This document shows, in pieces, positions 36,953-49,262 of a stretch of DNA of 64,000 nucleotides. Source of the DNA: Catajapyx aquilonaris (Eukaryota); contig KZ538831.1 in NCBI GenBank assembly GCA_000934665.2, positions 1-64,000 on the forward strand. Direction: 5' to 3'. Positions within the stretch are counted from its first letter, which is position 1. The number at the start of each line of letters is the position of its first letter. The notes under the pieces are model-generated. The model made no database searches. It was not told the DNA's origin and was given only the letters and a program-made list of their open reading frames with translations. Both the position numbers and the translations under genes were made by a program.

Positions 36953-39900
36953 ATCACCCATAACTTATATCGCCCGATAGCAGTTATTTCTTGTAGCTTG
37001 TTATGCCCCTAACCAAGTGCCCCATTATATAGCAACTTCTATATGAGTGCCCCTGGGAGTAATGGGAAACCTGGATCGGGGCACAACACTCTACAATAAA
37101 ATAATGGCTATCGGGCTATATCAGTTATTTAAGAAACGACCCAGAAATTTGGAACACCCTGTGAATTATTCCCACATTATTACACTTTTGATAGTATATT
37201 TTGGTAGAACCAAAATCTATATTATTAAAAGCCGACTGTCATGGAAACTCCTCCCACACCTTACGGCCTACAGCTTTGGGAGTGGTTGTCCAAAGTAAGC
37301 CCGTGTTTTCTATTTTGCAAACCACTTTGTTTTTTTTTTGTAAAACTCAAAAAACTATATATAAAAAAAACACGGAATTCCCCCGCCGTTCCGGACGCCA
37401 GAGCGCCACCTCCTGGGTGGCGACTCGCTTACTTCTGCACTTCACAGTCGGATGTCGCTTCGATTCCTAATTTTTTGCCCAATTTGGCAAGTTGGTGCCT
37501 GGTATGGTTTTAAAGTGCGTTTACATGTGAGCGATTTCTACCAATGTAACTAAGTTTAACTTAATTTATCTTAACCAAATATTTTGGTTACTTGTTTTTT
37601 TCTTCAGAATCTGTGCAATAAAAGGCAGGTAACAAATGGAGTAGTGTTTTAATAAGTTTCGGGAGGTAGCTATGAAAGTAAGTGACAGTAAATTACACAG
37701 GCTGGCCGACGGAAATGTAGAAATGGGAACGTGGCGAGCCGCAGGCTCGATTCCTTTATTATTAATGTAACATCCGGTGAACGTGGTATACTCTACAGTA
37801 TATGCGTGGAGTATATACCGTATATATTTTATATTCCTCCACTTTCCCCCCCATTTCTCCAACTGGGGGGGCTTCTGGCTGCCCTTCCGTCAGCACAATG
37901 AGTCCTCAAAGAAACTTCTTAGCGCACAATCATCTGCATAATGACTAGGCCTAATTAGGCAGTGGTGGAAGCGGCTCCTATTGTCAAGGCGGGACATTAT
38001 GCGCAGTCGGTTGAGCCATTAGACTCATCCCGCGCCATCTCTTCCTTCTTCTCTTTCCCGATTCATTGCAGTCTGTACGGCCTGGAGCAATCAATTCTGC
38101 GACCCAGAGACTGACTCTGCTGCACAAATTCGGCTTCCGAAATGGCCGGAGGAAAGCTGCTGTTCCCTCCTTCTCCTTCTCCTTTTCCTTTTCCTTTTTG
38201 GGAGGGACTCGATCTGGCTCCAAGCAGCATCACCTCCCAACTCCACACCGGCAGCCTACATCGCCTCAAATGAAACTCTAGCTGTTGTGCGTGTTATGGG
38301 CATCGATTTGCTGCTTTCATTGTGCTGCCGGGCCTTTCCTGCCAAGGGAAGATTGTCACAATTCCGTCTCGGCAACGAAGAGAAGGAGGAGGGGGCGCAG
38401 GTTGGCGGTTTTAGAGGTGGAGAATAAGGGAGGAGGGCTAAGTTGTAATGGTTCAATCTCAACCAGAAGCAGTGCCTGTCCAGGGAAACTTTGAAGGAAT
38501 AATGGTCGCCTCGGATGCATATATAGGCCTCATACCTGGTGACGGGGGTCTCTCTCTCTGGCGGTTTTGGGTTGGGGATCTATAGTCGAGGCTTGATTAA
38601 GAGACGCGGCTCCTCCTGGTCTTGAGGAAGTTCTATCCGGACGTAGATTAGTTGTGTCGTTGTGCGGAAACATTTTCAAATGAACGTTTCGGGATGTTTC
38701 CGCGCCGAAGATATTGCATTTGCATTAATAACGTTTGGGGAGAGGGGGGAGGTGTTGTAACGTGCTTCTTCATTGCTTACATTGAAGTGAACCGAGCGAG
38801 GAGTATGGTATTTAAAGGGCTGGTTTTAAATTTCAGCAGGGATGTGTTCACATGTAGGTTTTCGGTTGTACAAACATTGATATTTTGCATCATTATTACA
38901 TGGCTCTCTTTTCGCATTGTTTTTGCGCTGAAAATTAGCCAAAGTTATCAAAAGCAGATGAAAAAATCTACCCTATTCAACTACAGGTCATTGCTATATC
39001 CGTCCACTGTATGAAAGCAAATTGGAGTCAATCCCACTGGTGCGCCAGAGGATATTATACGATGTACTGTACATGACGAGATCTGTACAAAATAGTACAG
39101 TACTGCAAAGTGATTAGCGAATGAGGCAACTAAGCAAAGAACAGTCACCATGCAATCGCTGGCAGCAGTATCCAATAGATACTGTATGAAAAAGGAGTCC
39201 GGCCTTCTCTGCAGTAGCTCGAGGGCCAAACGACTGTGTCAACAGCAACATTCAAGGGTTGAATGAGAGCTGGGGGCTTGTATGGCATTTGCTTCCCATA
39301 TGCAGGACCGCATTTTTTTCATATATGGGTACTGCCCGCCTCATTTGCAACCTTATCGAGCCCAACTATGTTAGCCCTATAGTGCAATTTCCCTGTCGCA
39401 CAAAATAATGGCTTTTGGCATGATCTCTGTCGAGATCATAATTCAAGATATCCGATTCTGGGTACGGTAGCAGCCATGCATCGACCTTGGGCCCACTGCC
39501 TACTGCTGCCCCTTTTGGCAGGCAAAGTGGAAAGCATGCCAAGCCACGGGGGCAGACTAACCCTCCAGGATGAATCGCTTCAATGTCTGTATTATTGTAT
39601 AGTGACGTCTCCGTACTGCACGTCTATTTGCTTTTGCACGGATTACAGCAGCTCAGCACGCACCAAACAGATGTATTTTGCCACTCAACTATCAATCATT
39701 CCCATTCCAGGCTTGTTTGTCCAGTGACAAGAGCGATTTTGTGATAATTAACTTTGTATTTCATTTAGATGATCCATTTGTGGCTGTGCAAGTCCGGCTC
39801 AAACTGTCGCCATGTTTGTAGTGGTTGTCATCTGACATGTGCTGGACATTAAAGTTCGCTCGCTGCATTGCCTTCTCGTCAAGACCGAGCTTCATGGTTG

Positions 39901-40540
39901 TGCTCGGTATACGCTGCAGTGTGAATGAATGCTAAATCGCCACAAATTTTCTTACGATCGGTTTGCCTAATTCAGAATTGCAGTCCTTTGACTTAGAGAT
40001 TGAAATATTTTTTTAAAGCCGTATCACGAATGTGGCGCCATCTTGAATAAGCAGTCCTATACTAGGTAGATCATCTTTGGTGAAGGCGATGTGACGTGAA
40101 ATTCTTGTTAGACCAATCTCAGATGGTCCCTTTAAACAGGGCTGTGAACTGATGCGACCCTTTGATTAGAACCTGTGCTCACCAGAGTGCGTCAGAGGCG
40201 CTGATTCCATCTGGCCATAAATGTAGGCCTAGGTTGAGTGTTTCTGGGGACCAATATGGCGACTGCGGCAGGGAAGCCTGGGCTATCTCGGTTGGCGAGC
40301 TGGGCATGCATCGACAGCCGCCATCAAGCAGCTGTGCCGATTATGTCAGCTCATTGGTCATTGGTTTACCACTAGGACTCAATACCCATACTGTGCAGTC
40401 TATTGACACCCAGTCCGCCCTCGTTCATACAAAAATGAATGTGGACAATATAAGCATTGTTGAATTTAAACGCAATACAGTATTCCACTGAGTGTTAGTT
40501 TTACAAATAAAAAAGTGCGGATGCAGGAACACAGCAGTTA

Positions 40541-40757
40541 ATTGGATACCTCGTAATAGGGGCATGGCCTGTTACGTGGTATTTAATTTTACCCGCTTTT
40601 ATTCATAATCTGAATGATTATGGATTTGGAAAGTGGTAGGAAATGGGAATCCCAAAACAAAATCCAGTCGAATATGGAGGGAACCCCTCGAAACTCTTTC
40701 CACATGAGTAATTCCTCCACCCGATCCGAGGATCGATATCAGGACCCCAGAGGTAGT
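40541..40757 (-). mobile_element. Degenerate V-like SINE copy
   Basis: TGGATACCTC tail, GTGGTAGGAAA, AAACTCTTTCCACAT and CCCGATCCGAGGATCGA align in order with 27311-27571. Confidence 0.7.
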
Positions 40758-40938
40758 ATGGGAAGGTCTAAATCCCCCAGAGTAGTTAACATGTTACTAA
40801 GTTGGTATACTCTCTGCGTATTTTCATTTAGACAACGTTACTTTTGCAAAGCAGCAGCTAAAAGTGAATAAACACTCAAATTTTTATAGGGCGGAGAATA
40901 TTGTCATCAATAAGTAGGCCTATATCATAACATTGACA

Positions 40939-41023
40939 ATTACGCGGGGTGAGAATTACAAGGTTGTAACTGCAATGAAAATCCTATGTAGTTAGGGTTT
41001 TGTAATTCTTACCCCGCGATAAT
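40939..41023. repeat. Short foldback, possible MITE remnant
   Basis: CGCGGGGT(G/A)AGAATTACAA arms in inverted orientation. Confidence 0.6.
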
Positions 41024-41129
41024 GGTGACGTCATTTAGCTACATCACAGCTCATTTTCTAAAACATTATATCGATTGAGCACACTGTTCAATTTGGAGAC
41101 TTCCATATCAAATAAGGCACAAAACACTA

Positions 41130-41218
41130 TTTTCGTCTTACTGCTAGTTATTGCTAACTTAGCAGTACCAGTGTTGGCAATGGTACTGCTAAGTTAGTAA
41201 CTAGCAGTGAGACGAAAA
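41130..41218. repeat. Hairpin with ~38-bp arms and 10-nt loop
   Basis: TTTTCGTCTTACTGCTAGTTA(TTG)CTAACTTAGCAGTACCA versus TGGTACTGCTAAGTTAGTAACTAGCAGTGAGACGAAAA. Confidence 0.85.
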
Positions 41219-42529
41219 TTCCACTCAATATTCACAAATCTACGAATATGTCAGAATTCGCCTGCATTCCCCCCCATGTGTCAGGATTCTCCATGTAAGG
41301 TATATACGCGGGGATAATTTTCAAATTGAAATGTGTCAGTCTCGAAACGAAAGGCATCGTCAAGAGTGTGCTAACTGGTGGAAAATAATAAAGCGTGATT
41401 AGGTATGAGAGCTGGAAAGTGTAGCAAAGTTGCGATTATTAGGCGCGCTTGAAGACACCTCAAAGCCATAAGAAGACTAATGACGGCATAAGGAGCCTTC
41501 CGTGTAGTTTCGCACAAAGTTGAAGCCCATAAAAGATACATAATCAAGCCCGAGTCAAGTAAAAAGTCATTGGATAAATTCCCGCCGTTTCTGCCTTCAT
41601 TCTGGCGGCAAAGTCCTCTTCCAAGTTCAGCAGGCTTTTCATTCCATAAGCGGCTGCAGGCCTTTAAAATCTAACGACTTGGAAGTCGTCTGCTTGTTAT
41701 GGGAGTCTGCCAGTGGCCGCTCCAAACTTTGTTTCACGGATCGCCTCATTGCAGGCATTCGTCGCAGCCAGATTAATTCGTGCCCACAGATGCAAATCCG
41801 CCAAGATGGATTCAAATCACCCAATATGCACCCGTTTTCTTCCTTCTGCCAACCCCCTCCCTCCCCTCCCGCGACACTACTTTCACCAAACTTTGTGTCA
41901 AACTTACATCTCATTGTGGCTTGCAACCAGGATTCAGACCTTAACCTGCACAGCCCTCTTTCTCTCTTGGAAATGAATATTACTGTATATTCCCTCGAGA
42001 TACGATGAAAAGTTTCAAGTGTGGGCGTGACTGGAATGTTGACTAAGTGATTTTTTAAAAAAAAAAAGTTTTGGGAGTGATGTAAATGTGCTTGTTAAGT
42101 GTAAAAACAAAGAGGACTGGACATAAGTAGCCTTCATTTATATTTTCGAATGTGCATGTTGTTATGTGCCACACTGTAAGTGAGTAATGGCATCAAATTT
42201 GAGTAACTAGTGTATACGCCTATTATAGGCCTATTATGAAGATCTGGCCTTATGGGGACTTTTATTTGGATGATGTTATACAATAATGAGTTAACCCACG
42301 TTTTGAGAAAAAAGGGATTTGAAGGTCGTACCTGTGAAATTTATTCAGTGTTCTTTTCGGTCATTTATGGCAGAAGTATGCAGATTTCACGAGCGTGATT
42401 TTAACTTAATGAAGTAAGATCCTTTAGGTATATGTTCCTGAGCTTCACTCAGTTTTGACATTTTTGTGGGTTGACCGTCCATTTGAGAGTCACTAACAAA
42501 CTGCTTGTAAATACCAAATTCTGATACCT

Positions 42530-42646
42530 GGTTGCACCAACAAAATTACCGGTTCGATGGCTCCTAACGGACCGATAACACATGTTAAAAGGTCTACCTA
42601 TCTGTCCATTAGGAGCTATCGGACCGGTAATTTTGTTGGTGCAACC
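42530..42646. mobile_element. Small foldback MITE (Harbinger-like GGTTGCACCAAC ends)
   Basis: GGTTGCACCAACAAAATTACCGGT pairs perfectly with ACCGGTAATTTTGTTGGTGCAACC; inner arms continue with mismatches. Confidence 0.75.
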
Positions 42647-43179
42647 CCCAGTGATTCATAAAAAGTGCATTTCGCATTTAGGCACATTCAGGTGATACCA
42701 GCAAATTTCGATAATGTCGCTGCGTAGACCAAGTAACCTAACTGATAGTTAGCTGATGTTATTCAGTGTTGGTAACAATCAGTCAACCATTGCTCTGATT
42801 TTACTTTCTATCAAGCAACCCAGCCTTAATATTATTGGTGTAAGTCAAATGAGGTTACACGTGTCGCTACATAGATTTTTCAGCTGGACCAATCAAAGCA
42901 AGTACTGATAACATTCATTATACTGCACTGCACTGTACTTCTAACTTCAAATGTATTCATTACTACCCAGAAGGAAATAAAGAGACCAGGTGAAGCCAAG
43001 ATTGGAGGATACAGTATCAGCCTCCACTCTGACATTTACCTGACCTATTTCCTCACAACCAGGCCGAAATGAACACCCTCGTTATTCAAAGCAAGATAAT
43101 TATTATAGCCGTTGATCCTTAAAAATGTTGAAACACAATCTGCTCTAAAATAAACATATCCATAACAGTGATAACAATA

Positions 43180-43272
43180 CAGGGTGATCCAAGTATTTGG
43201 GTCACTTCTTGATAGCTGCTATCAGGCGATATCAGTTATCAAAGAAGTGACCCAAATACTTTGAACACCCTG
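43180..43272. mobile_element. 93-bp Tc1/mariner-type MITE (CAGGGTG family)
   Basis: TA|CAGGGTGATCCAAGTATTTGGGTCACTTCTT...AAGAAGTGACCCAAATACTTTGAACACCCTG|TA; related to 37110-37161. Confidence 0.82.
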
Positions 43273-44611
43273 TATATTTCAACACAATCCAAATCATAGA
43301 CTAGGCCTATACTACACTAAGGACCTATGGGCAATGTACGCAACACAACAGAGTAGAGAGGCCTCGGGACAGACCCTTAAACCAATTTGGGAATGGTTCC
43401 TGGGCAAGTAGAAACATCTGTAGCTCTCTTAATGGGAAGTGGTAGCCTTTTCCCTTGTCCAGACGCCAAATAAAATGACTCAAGTTTATGGCGACGACCA
43501 GAAATCCCACGTTATATATTTGTAATTTTATTTTTGTTCTCCTACTCTAATTGGACCTGGCTTGTTGCGCACATAGGGGAGGTGGTCAGGAGAGCGGAAC
43601 AGATAAAAGAATGGGCCCATGGAAGGAAAAAAAAGGTATAGAGAGGAAGAAATGAGGCGGCTTCACGACCCAAGACCATTAGGACTAATGCGACACGGAG
43701 ACAGGTCACCCCCCTCAGGCCTGCCACTTTTTTTGTTGAAAAAAACCGCTCCCATGATCAGTATGGGTCCGGTCTTTTTTTTCAAGCATTTGTTCCGACA
43801 ATTGACTCCCAGGGCCATATCGCTAATGAATTAATCTGCACATATTGCGGTCATTTCCAAAGTCTGAGGAAAGACCATAGGAAGAGATCGTATATTCTGA
43901 GTGTGCAAGCAGGAACTGCTGTCAGTAAAAGCTGAGCGGAAGCAAAATGGTGATAATTATACATGGAGAATGCCAGCGAGAAGATATTATATTCCCCTCC
44001 GCTGCTCTTTCATCCCATCCCAGCAGCCTTTTTACTAGTTTCCGGACTCGAACTGCTGCTCATTAAGCGGCCGGCATAAAACGTCACAATTAATCAAATT
44101 ACAACTCGTACCATACTTTTGCAAGATCATTTTTAATGATTCGCTCCGAAGTTGGGATTGCATTAATTACTCCCACAGTGCTTTCCTACAAAGTGTTCTA
44201 ATGATATTTTCACCCATTAAGATGTTCGGTGAGTGTTACTCATTTTTCCCGCTCTCTTCGTTTCCCCCTGCCAGACCTTTTGACTTTTGAGTGTTTGTCA
44301 GAAAAATTCATGGCAAACTTTTTTTTCATTTTTTCATTTTTTGGGGGGGGAGCACGGACTACGTCGAGCTCATACTTTCGTGGATGGTTATTGCGGTTGT
44401 TTATATGTATAAAAAGATTTCTCGAAAGTTGAGAATTTGGAATTTATGTATATATAATTGCCACCGAAGGCACTAGAACTTTGCATAATTTTAATTTTAA
44501 TTTTGATGGCAATGGACAATTTTTGAAGTTGAATATAGCTCACTCTGACATTTAAAGTCGATTTGAATGAACAATGTGAAATCACGCATACGCACATTTT
44601 AAATTTAATTA

Positions 44612-44815
44612 GGGTGGTCTAGTGGTTATCGCAACAGCCTCTGAGGTACAGAGTTCAATCCCCGGATCGGACAGGATAGTTATGTGGATAGAGTTTCGAT
44701 GTTCGCATTTCTCGGGGTTTTCTCGGGGTTTTCTTGTTTCCTCACAATCAAAACCCAACATGAATGAATGATTAAAGTCGGTAAAGGAAAAAAAAGATGA
44801 TCCCCTTAAAAGGCT
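44612..44815 (+). mobile_element. V-like SINE copy, 3'-shortened
   Basis: A box TGGTCTAGTGG, B box GAGTTCAATCC, body matches the reverse complement of 27340-27560; flanked by CATTTTAAATTT(A/C)ATTA direct repeats. Confidence 0.78.
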
Positions 44816-45131
44816 CATTTTAAATTTCATTATGTGAACACTGAGTCTCAAAATTTAACTATTATCTACAGTAGTGTGGATTTTTGGAGTTAAAGGCCAC
44901 TCCGGATATAGTAGACCTTTTCACGGACACACTTCGGATATAGTAGACCAGAGTCCCACGCCAGATGATCCCTGACGTTATTTTAACGACTTTTAACGTC
45001 AATTTTACGTCTCTATCGTCTCAACGGTACAATAGTAGTTACACTTCTTGACATGAAATTGACGTTAAAAGTCGTTAAAATAACGTCAGGGATCATCTGG
45101 CGTGGGACTCTGGTCTACTATATCCGAAGTG

Positions 45132-45909
45132 AACCGAAGCAGTGTGGTGGAGTGGATAAGGTGTTCAACTGCTAATCGGGAGGTCCTATGGGTTCGAGTC
45201 CCGGGGCCGAAAATCCTAACCCTGGTTTTCTGTGGTTTCCCACGGTCCCCCCAGGAGAATTCCGGGATCGCTTCCTAAATAATAGGCCACAGCCGCTTCC
45301 TTCCGTCCCTATCCTATCCAAAAAGCGAAGTAAATATGAAAAAGCAAAAAGTTCCAGTCAAAAACAAAATTGGGATGAACCCCCCCCCCCTAAAGAGCCG
45401 CCGGCTGATAACGGGGTATGAATTATGAATTTTCATTTATTTATTTATTTTATTTATTTTACCCCGTGACAGACCTACATAGGCCCTGTTGGGGGGTGGC
45501 ACACCACCATCAATTTTCTCGTCCTATTTTCTTTCCTCCGGTGCATGAGGACAGGGGACAGGATAGGGATAATGAGGGGGGGGGGGGACACTGGTGCAGG
45601 TGCAATGTCTCAAGATTGGGGTCGTGTGCAGTCCCCCAGGGGGCCAAGCTGCAAGACACCCCACACTAGGTGCGGGTCAGAAAGCACCCACCGACACCGC
45701 ACCTCCTCAAGGACAGGACAAGGATAGTAAAGGAAGGAAGCGGCTGTGGCCTATTTTACGGTACGATCCCGGAATTTTTCCTGGGGAAACCACAGAAAAC
45801 CAAGGTCAGGACCGCCGGCCTCCGGGACTCGAACCCAGGACCTCCCGATTAGCAGTCGGATACTATATCCACTCCACCACTACTGCTTCGGTTAATTATG
45901 AATTATGAT
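45132..45909 (+). mobile_element. Nin/Deu-like SINE, tail type A (body 45132-45420; tail split by a second SINE)
   Basis: A and B boxes, (ATGAATT)n tail, perfect 13-bp TSD TATATCCGAAGTG at 45119-45131 and 45910-45922. Confidence 0.88.
45432..45893 (-). mobile_element. Nin/Deu-like SINE, long tail type C, nested in the tail of the previous SINE
   Basis: Same head and core at ~45720-45892, about 260 bp of different 3' sequence, (TAAA)n-type tail, TSD AATTATGAATT at 45421-45431 and 45894-45904. Confidence 0.85.
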
Positions 45910-46023
45910 TATATCCGAAGTGTGCCCATACAAAGGTCTACTATACCCGGAGTGACCTTTAACTCCGAAAATCCATACTATAGTCACAAAATCTAAATAA
46001 AATTATTTTTGATAGGTTCCTAG

Positions 46024-46247
46024 CAGAGCTGGGCAAGCTAACCGAAATTATTAGCTCAGCTAACTTCCGCTAACAGCCAATTCGGTTAGTAAACCATGGG
46101 CGGCGCTAAATTGCTAATGATAAACAGCTAGAATGATTAGGGGGGTTTCCACTAACCTTTCTAGCTGTTAAGAATTAACGATTTGGTGATGTCCATGGTT
46201 TTTCTGAGCAAGTTAGCTGCTATCGAAAGTTAGCTGTGCCCACCTCT
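46024..46247. mobile_element. hAT-like MITE, degenerate foldback
   Basis: CAGAGCTGGGCA...TGCCCACCTCT ends, TTCCTAG repeated at both junctions, GCTAAC/GTTAGC subterminal motifs. Confidence 0.65.
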
Positions 46248-47226
46248 TCCTAGTGCTTTCTGTGACTGACAAGAATGCTCACATAATATCTCCTGACTAG
46301 CATACAGGCGCTGGCGCCTCCAAAATATTCCAAGACCTTAATAAGAAAATACCAGTTGGGAGGAAAGAGTGGACGTAAAACCAGTTTGAAAACAACGGAA
46401 GACACTTGGCCGTAATGTTACGGTAGTTGGTCTGAGAGAAGCCCTCACATATAGACTGCACTTGCCTTTTTGTGAATACAGAACCCGGGTAATGAAGGCC
46501 GCAGAACGCTATAACCCAGACTGTTTACTGCAGTGTTCAATGGAGCTGAAGCTTGTAGATGGAGGTGGCTTAGATAAGACAATAATGTTGCGGGAGGGAT
46601 TTTTTCCCCCCCCCCCCCCCCCNCCCCCCCCCCCTTATTTTTTGGGGGATAGGGGGTAGTTAGGGGGTGGGAGATTGGAGTTAGCGCTGAGTTGCTTCTC
46701 TGCTGGCAAAGGAATTAGCGTTGCAGTTAATGACCCGACTGTGACTTTTAATGGGGCGCCTTTTATCCGTATGCATCAAAAATGCGTCATAAAGCGTCGG
46801 AATGGGAGGCAGGCCAATCGACAGCCATATTGAGGCTGGGCAGCTTAGCGTGGACTGGTTATGGGACTGTTCTTAAAGCTTACAGAGGGAGATGGTAGGG
46901 TGGGAGGGGGGGGGGAGGCTTGCCGGCTTTAATTAATAACTATCAGCATGAGGAAACTGGGGAAGAACTGGGTAGGTAATGGCCAAGTTTCATGTACACC
47001 AGTTTGGCGAGCCTGGAAGCACTTTGGAAGCACAGATATCTGTTTCATTAATTTACGCGTCTCATGCCATGCGATAAGAATAATGACGGGGAGGTACAAT
47101 TGGCACTGCAAGTGCTTCCTACTCAGACTGTCTTTCTTGGGTTTTCTCTTGCTCTGTTTGACACACATTTCCTCGTACTTACTGGGTAAGGACTCCATTT
47201 TTGGGCAAAATACTAGATTTAAAAAA

Positions 47227-47336
47227 ATGGATACCCCGTGATTGAACAAGTGTTGTGAGGGGTTTTGATTCCGACATGAACCTGGAGAACCCATAGAAAA
47301 TCACGCGAACACGGAGAGAACCCATCTAAACTCTAC
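47227..47336 (-). mobile_element. Headless V-like SINE fragment
   Basis: ATGGATACC tail and GGAGAACCC..CACGCGAACACGGAGAGAACCCATCTAAACTCTA match 27424-27476. Confidence 0.72.
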
Positions 47337-48212
47337 AATCCTGGTTTTAGCATCATTAGATCCATATATTGAATGCAATTTTTTGTGATTTGCAATAACG
47401 TGAGTTTGGCGTCAACATGTCCATTTGGGGGTATTATCAGTTGGCGTAGACCACATGTAGGCCATGTTCGGGCCGTTTGGAGCGAGCCTAATTGACCTTG
47501 TCCAAAGCGGCCATCAGGCATATCAGCAACATTTAATGTTCCTGGCGCCAAACAAAAAAGCGGACTTTTTTTTTTGGAAGGGGGGGGGGGGTGTTCTTTT
47601 TTTTAGAGGGGGGGATTACGAGGCCGTGTGTCATATCGCCTTGCATGCGGCGAAAGGACGTCGTAAAAATCTCAGTCTTTCCAGGCGAGAAGGATATCAT
47701 GTTATTGTGCTTGTGCAATCACAGGACGTACTCTCTGCAAGTCACCATTGTAAACTTGCCCTATCTCCTGCCGAGCGTCATTCATTCCAAACGACTTTGT
47801 ACATTATCGACTGGAATAATTTTAGAAAAGGAATCTCTTTTCTATGCAACTTACTCATGGAGCATGCAATGTAGGTGCCGGTAATGTGTCATTTATCACT
47901 TGGGCAGAATATATTGGCAATGGTGTGTAGGGAAGCTTTTGCTCTAAAATAATGTCGAATTAACTCGCTCCTGTGTGCGGCTATTGCTCCAAATAACATG
48001 GCATTCATTAATGGCATATTTACAAACACAATCTTAAACGCCCTCTGACCTTTCCTACAGTAGATCAGTGTATATGCCAATTTAAAAAGTTTAGACAAAT
48101 GGTACCCTGCTGCTACGAAAAATAGTCAGAACTTGATCAAAATAAAAGTATAGTAATTGTTGCATAAAAGTCAGGGTATCTTTAGACATGTTTTGACATG
48201 TATTCATCAGTC

Positions 48213-48334
48213 CAAAAAGAATTGTCCCTCGCGTCGAGCGGGCAGCCACGCGTCAGGATGAAAGCAACCAGTTAACTGGTTCCTTTCATCCTGACGCGTG
48301 GCTGCCCGCTCGACGCGAGGGACAATTCTTTTTG
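48213..48334. repeat. 122-bp spacerless palindrome
   Basis: 61-bp arms centred on GTT|AAC (48273/48274), one mismatch. Confidence 0.95.
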
Positions 48335-48345
48335 AACCGTTGGTA

Positions 48346-48489
48346 CTATCCGTCTCAATTAGTTTCGGCCACTTTATCCTCGTCTTGAAGCAACCCTTCG
48401 CACAGGCCCCACGGTGAGGAGGTGTGTGTTTGTGTGAAGGGTTGCTTCAAGAGCAGGATAAAGTGGCCAAAACTAATTGAGACAGATAG
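48346..48489. mobile_element. Tc1/mariner-type MITE
   Basis: TA|CTATCCGTCTCAATTAGTTTCGGCCACTTTATCCT...AGGATAAAGTGGCCAAAACTAATTGAGACAGATAG|TA. Confidence 0.82.
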
Positions 48490-49262
48490 TACTGTAATAC
48501 AGTAACTGTTGATAAAATCGCCTTCACCTGGAAGTCTCTAGAGCATGAAGAAATTCAAAATCGTATCTCCTGCTTCTTCTTTTAGTGCTATAAGCCAAAA
48601 TATCCAAACTTAGCACTCTATCTGAATCTACAGGAATTTGGAAGAACATCTGAATCTCAATCAGTACAACTTGAGGTTTTCCTTGGCCATTTCGTGCGAA
48701 TAAAACGGAAATTCTGCATAGTCAGTGAACAACTAACCATTTTCTAAGGTTTACATAGATTTTTTTTTGCACTTTATAGTTCAATCAACCCAAAGTTATC
48801 GCATAAAAACAAAATTATTTCTCTCTATGTATAATATTACTGCGCAGTGTTCACATGCAGTATAGAGTAATTACATAATCTGTTCACGTATAGCAAATAG
48901 TGCTTAGGCAAATGCGAATTAAAATCCCCCACTGTAGACGCTCTCGCATTGATAGCACTGTTGACATACTAGCACATATTAATTCGACCCACGCACAACA
49001 TTCATTTCATAACATGAGCCTCTCTCCACCCACGTGATATAGTGTTTATGTTGTAAATTTCCATCCGGTCCCCCCCAAATTGCGCACTTTTATCCCGATT
49101 TTAATTCCGAGCCCGATGAGCGCTCTTTATACGTTTGCAGTGCATTTTGGCCGCACTAATATGTCGTACATTATGCCGGGCAAACATGAATGTTTCGCCA
49201 GTGCGGATCTGTTTCAACTTGTTGGATCAACGTTGTCGATTTTTTTTTTTTTTTTTTTTTTT

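Larger units (their letters stand above)
35603..37161. mobile_element. CAGGGTGTTCCAA-family MITE split by a 1.3-kb insertion
   Basis: TA|CAAAGGTGTTCCAAATT at 35603 and AATTTGGAACACCCTG to 37161; the rest of the left arm resumes at 36961 and pairs with 37079-37126. Confidence 0.7.
44871..45981. mobile_element. Foldback MITE (~135-bp arms) interrupted by two nested SINEs
   Basis: 44930-45005 is the exact reverse complement of 45056-45131; 44871-44929 pairs with 45923-45981 with mismatches. Confidence 0.85.
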
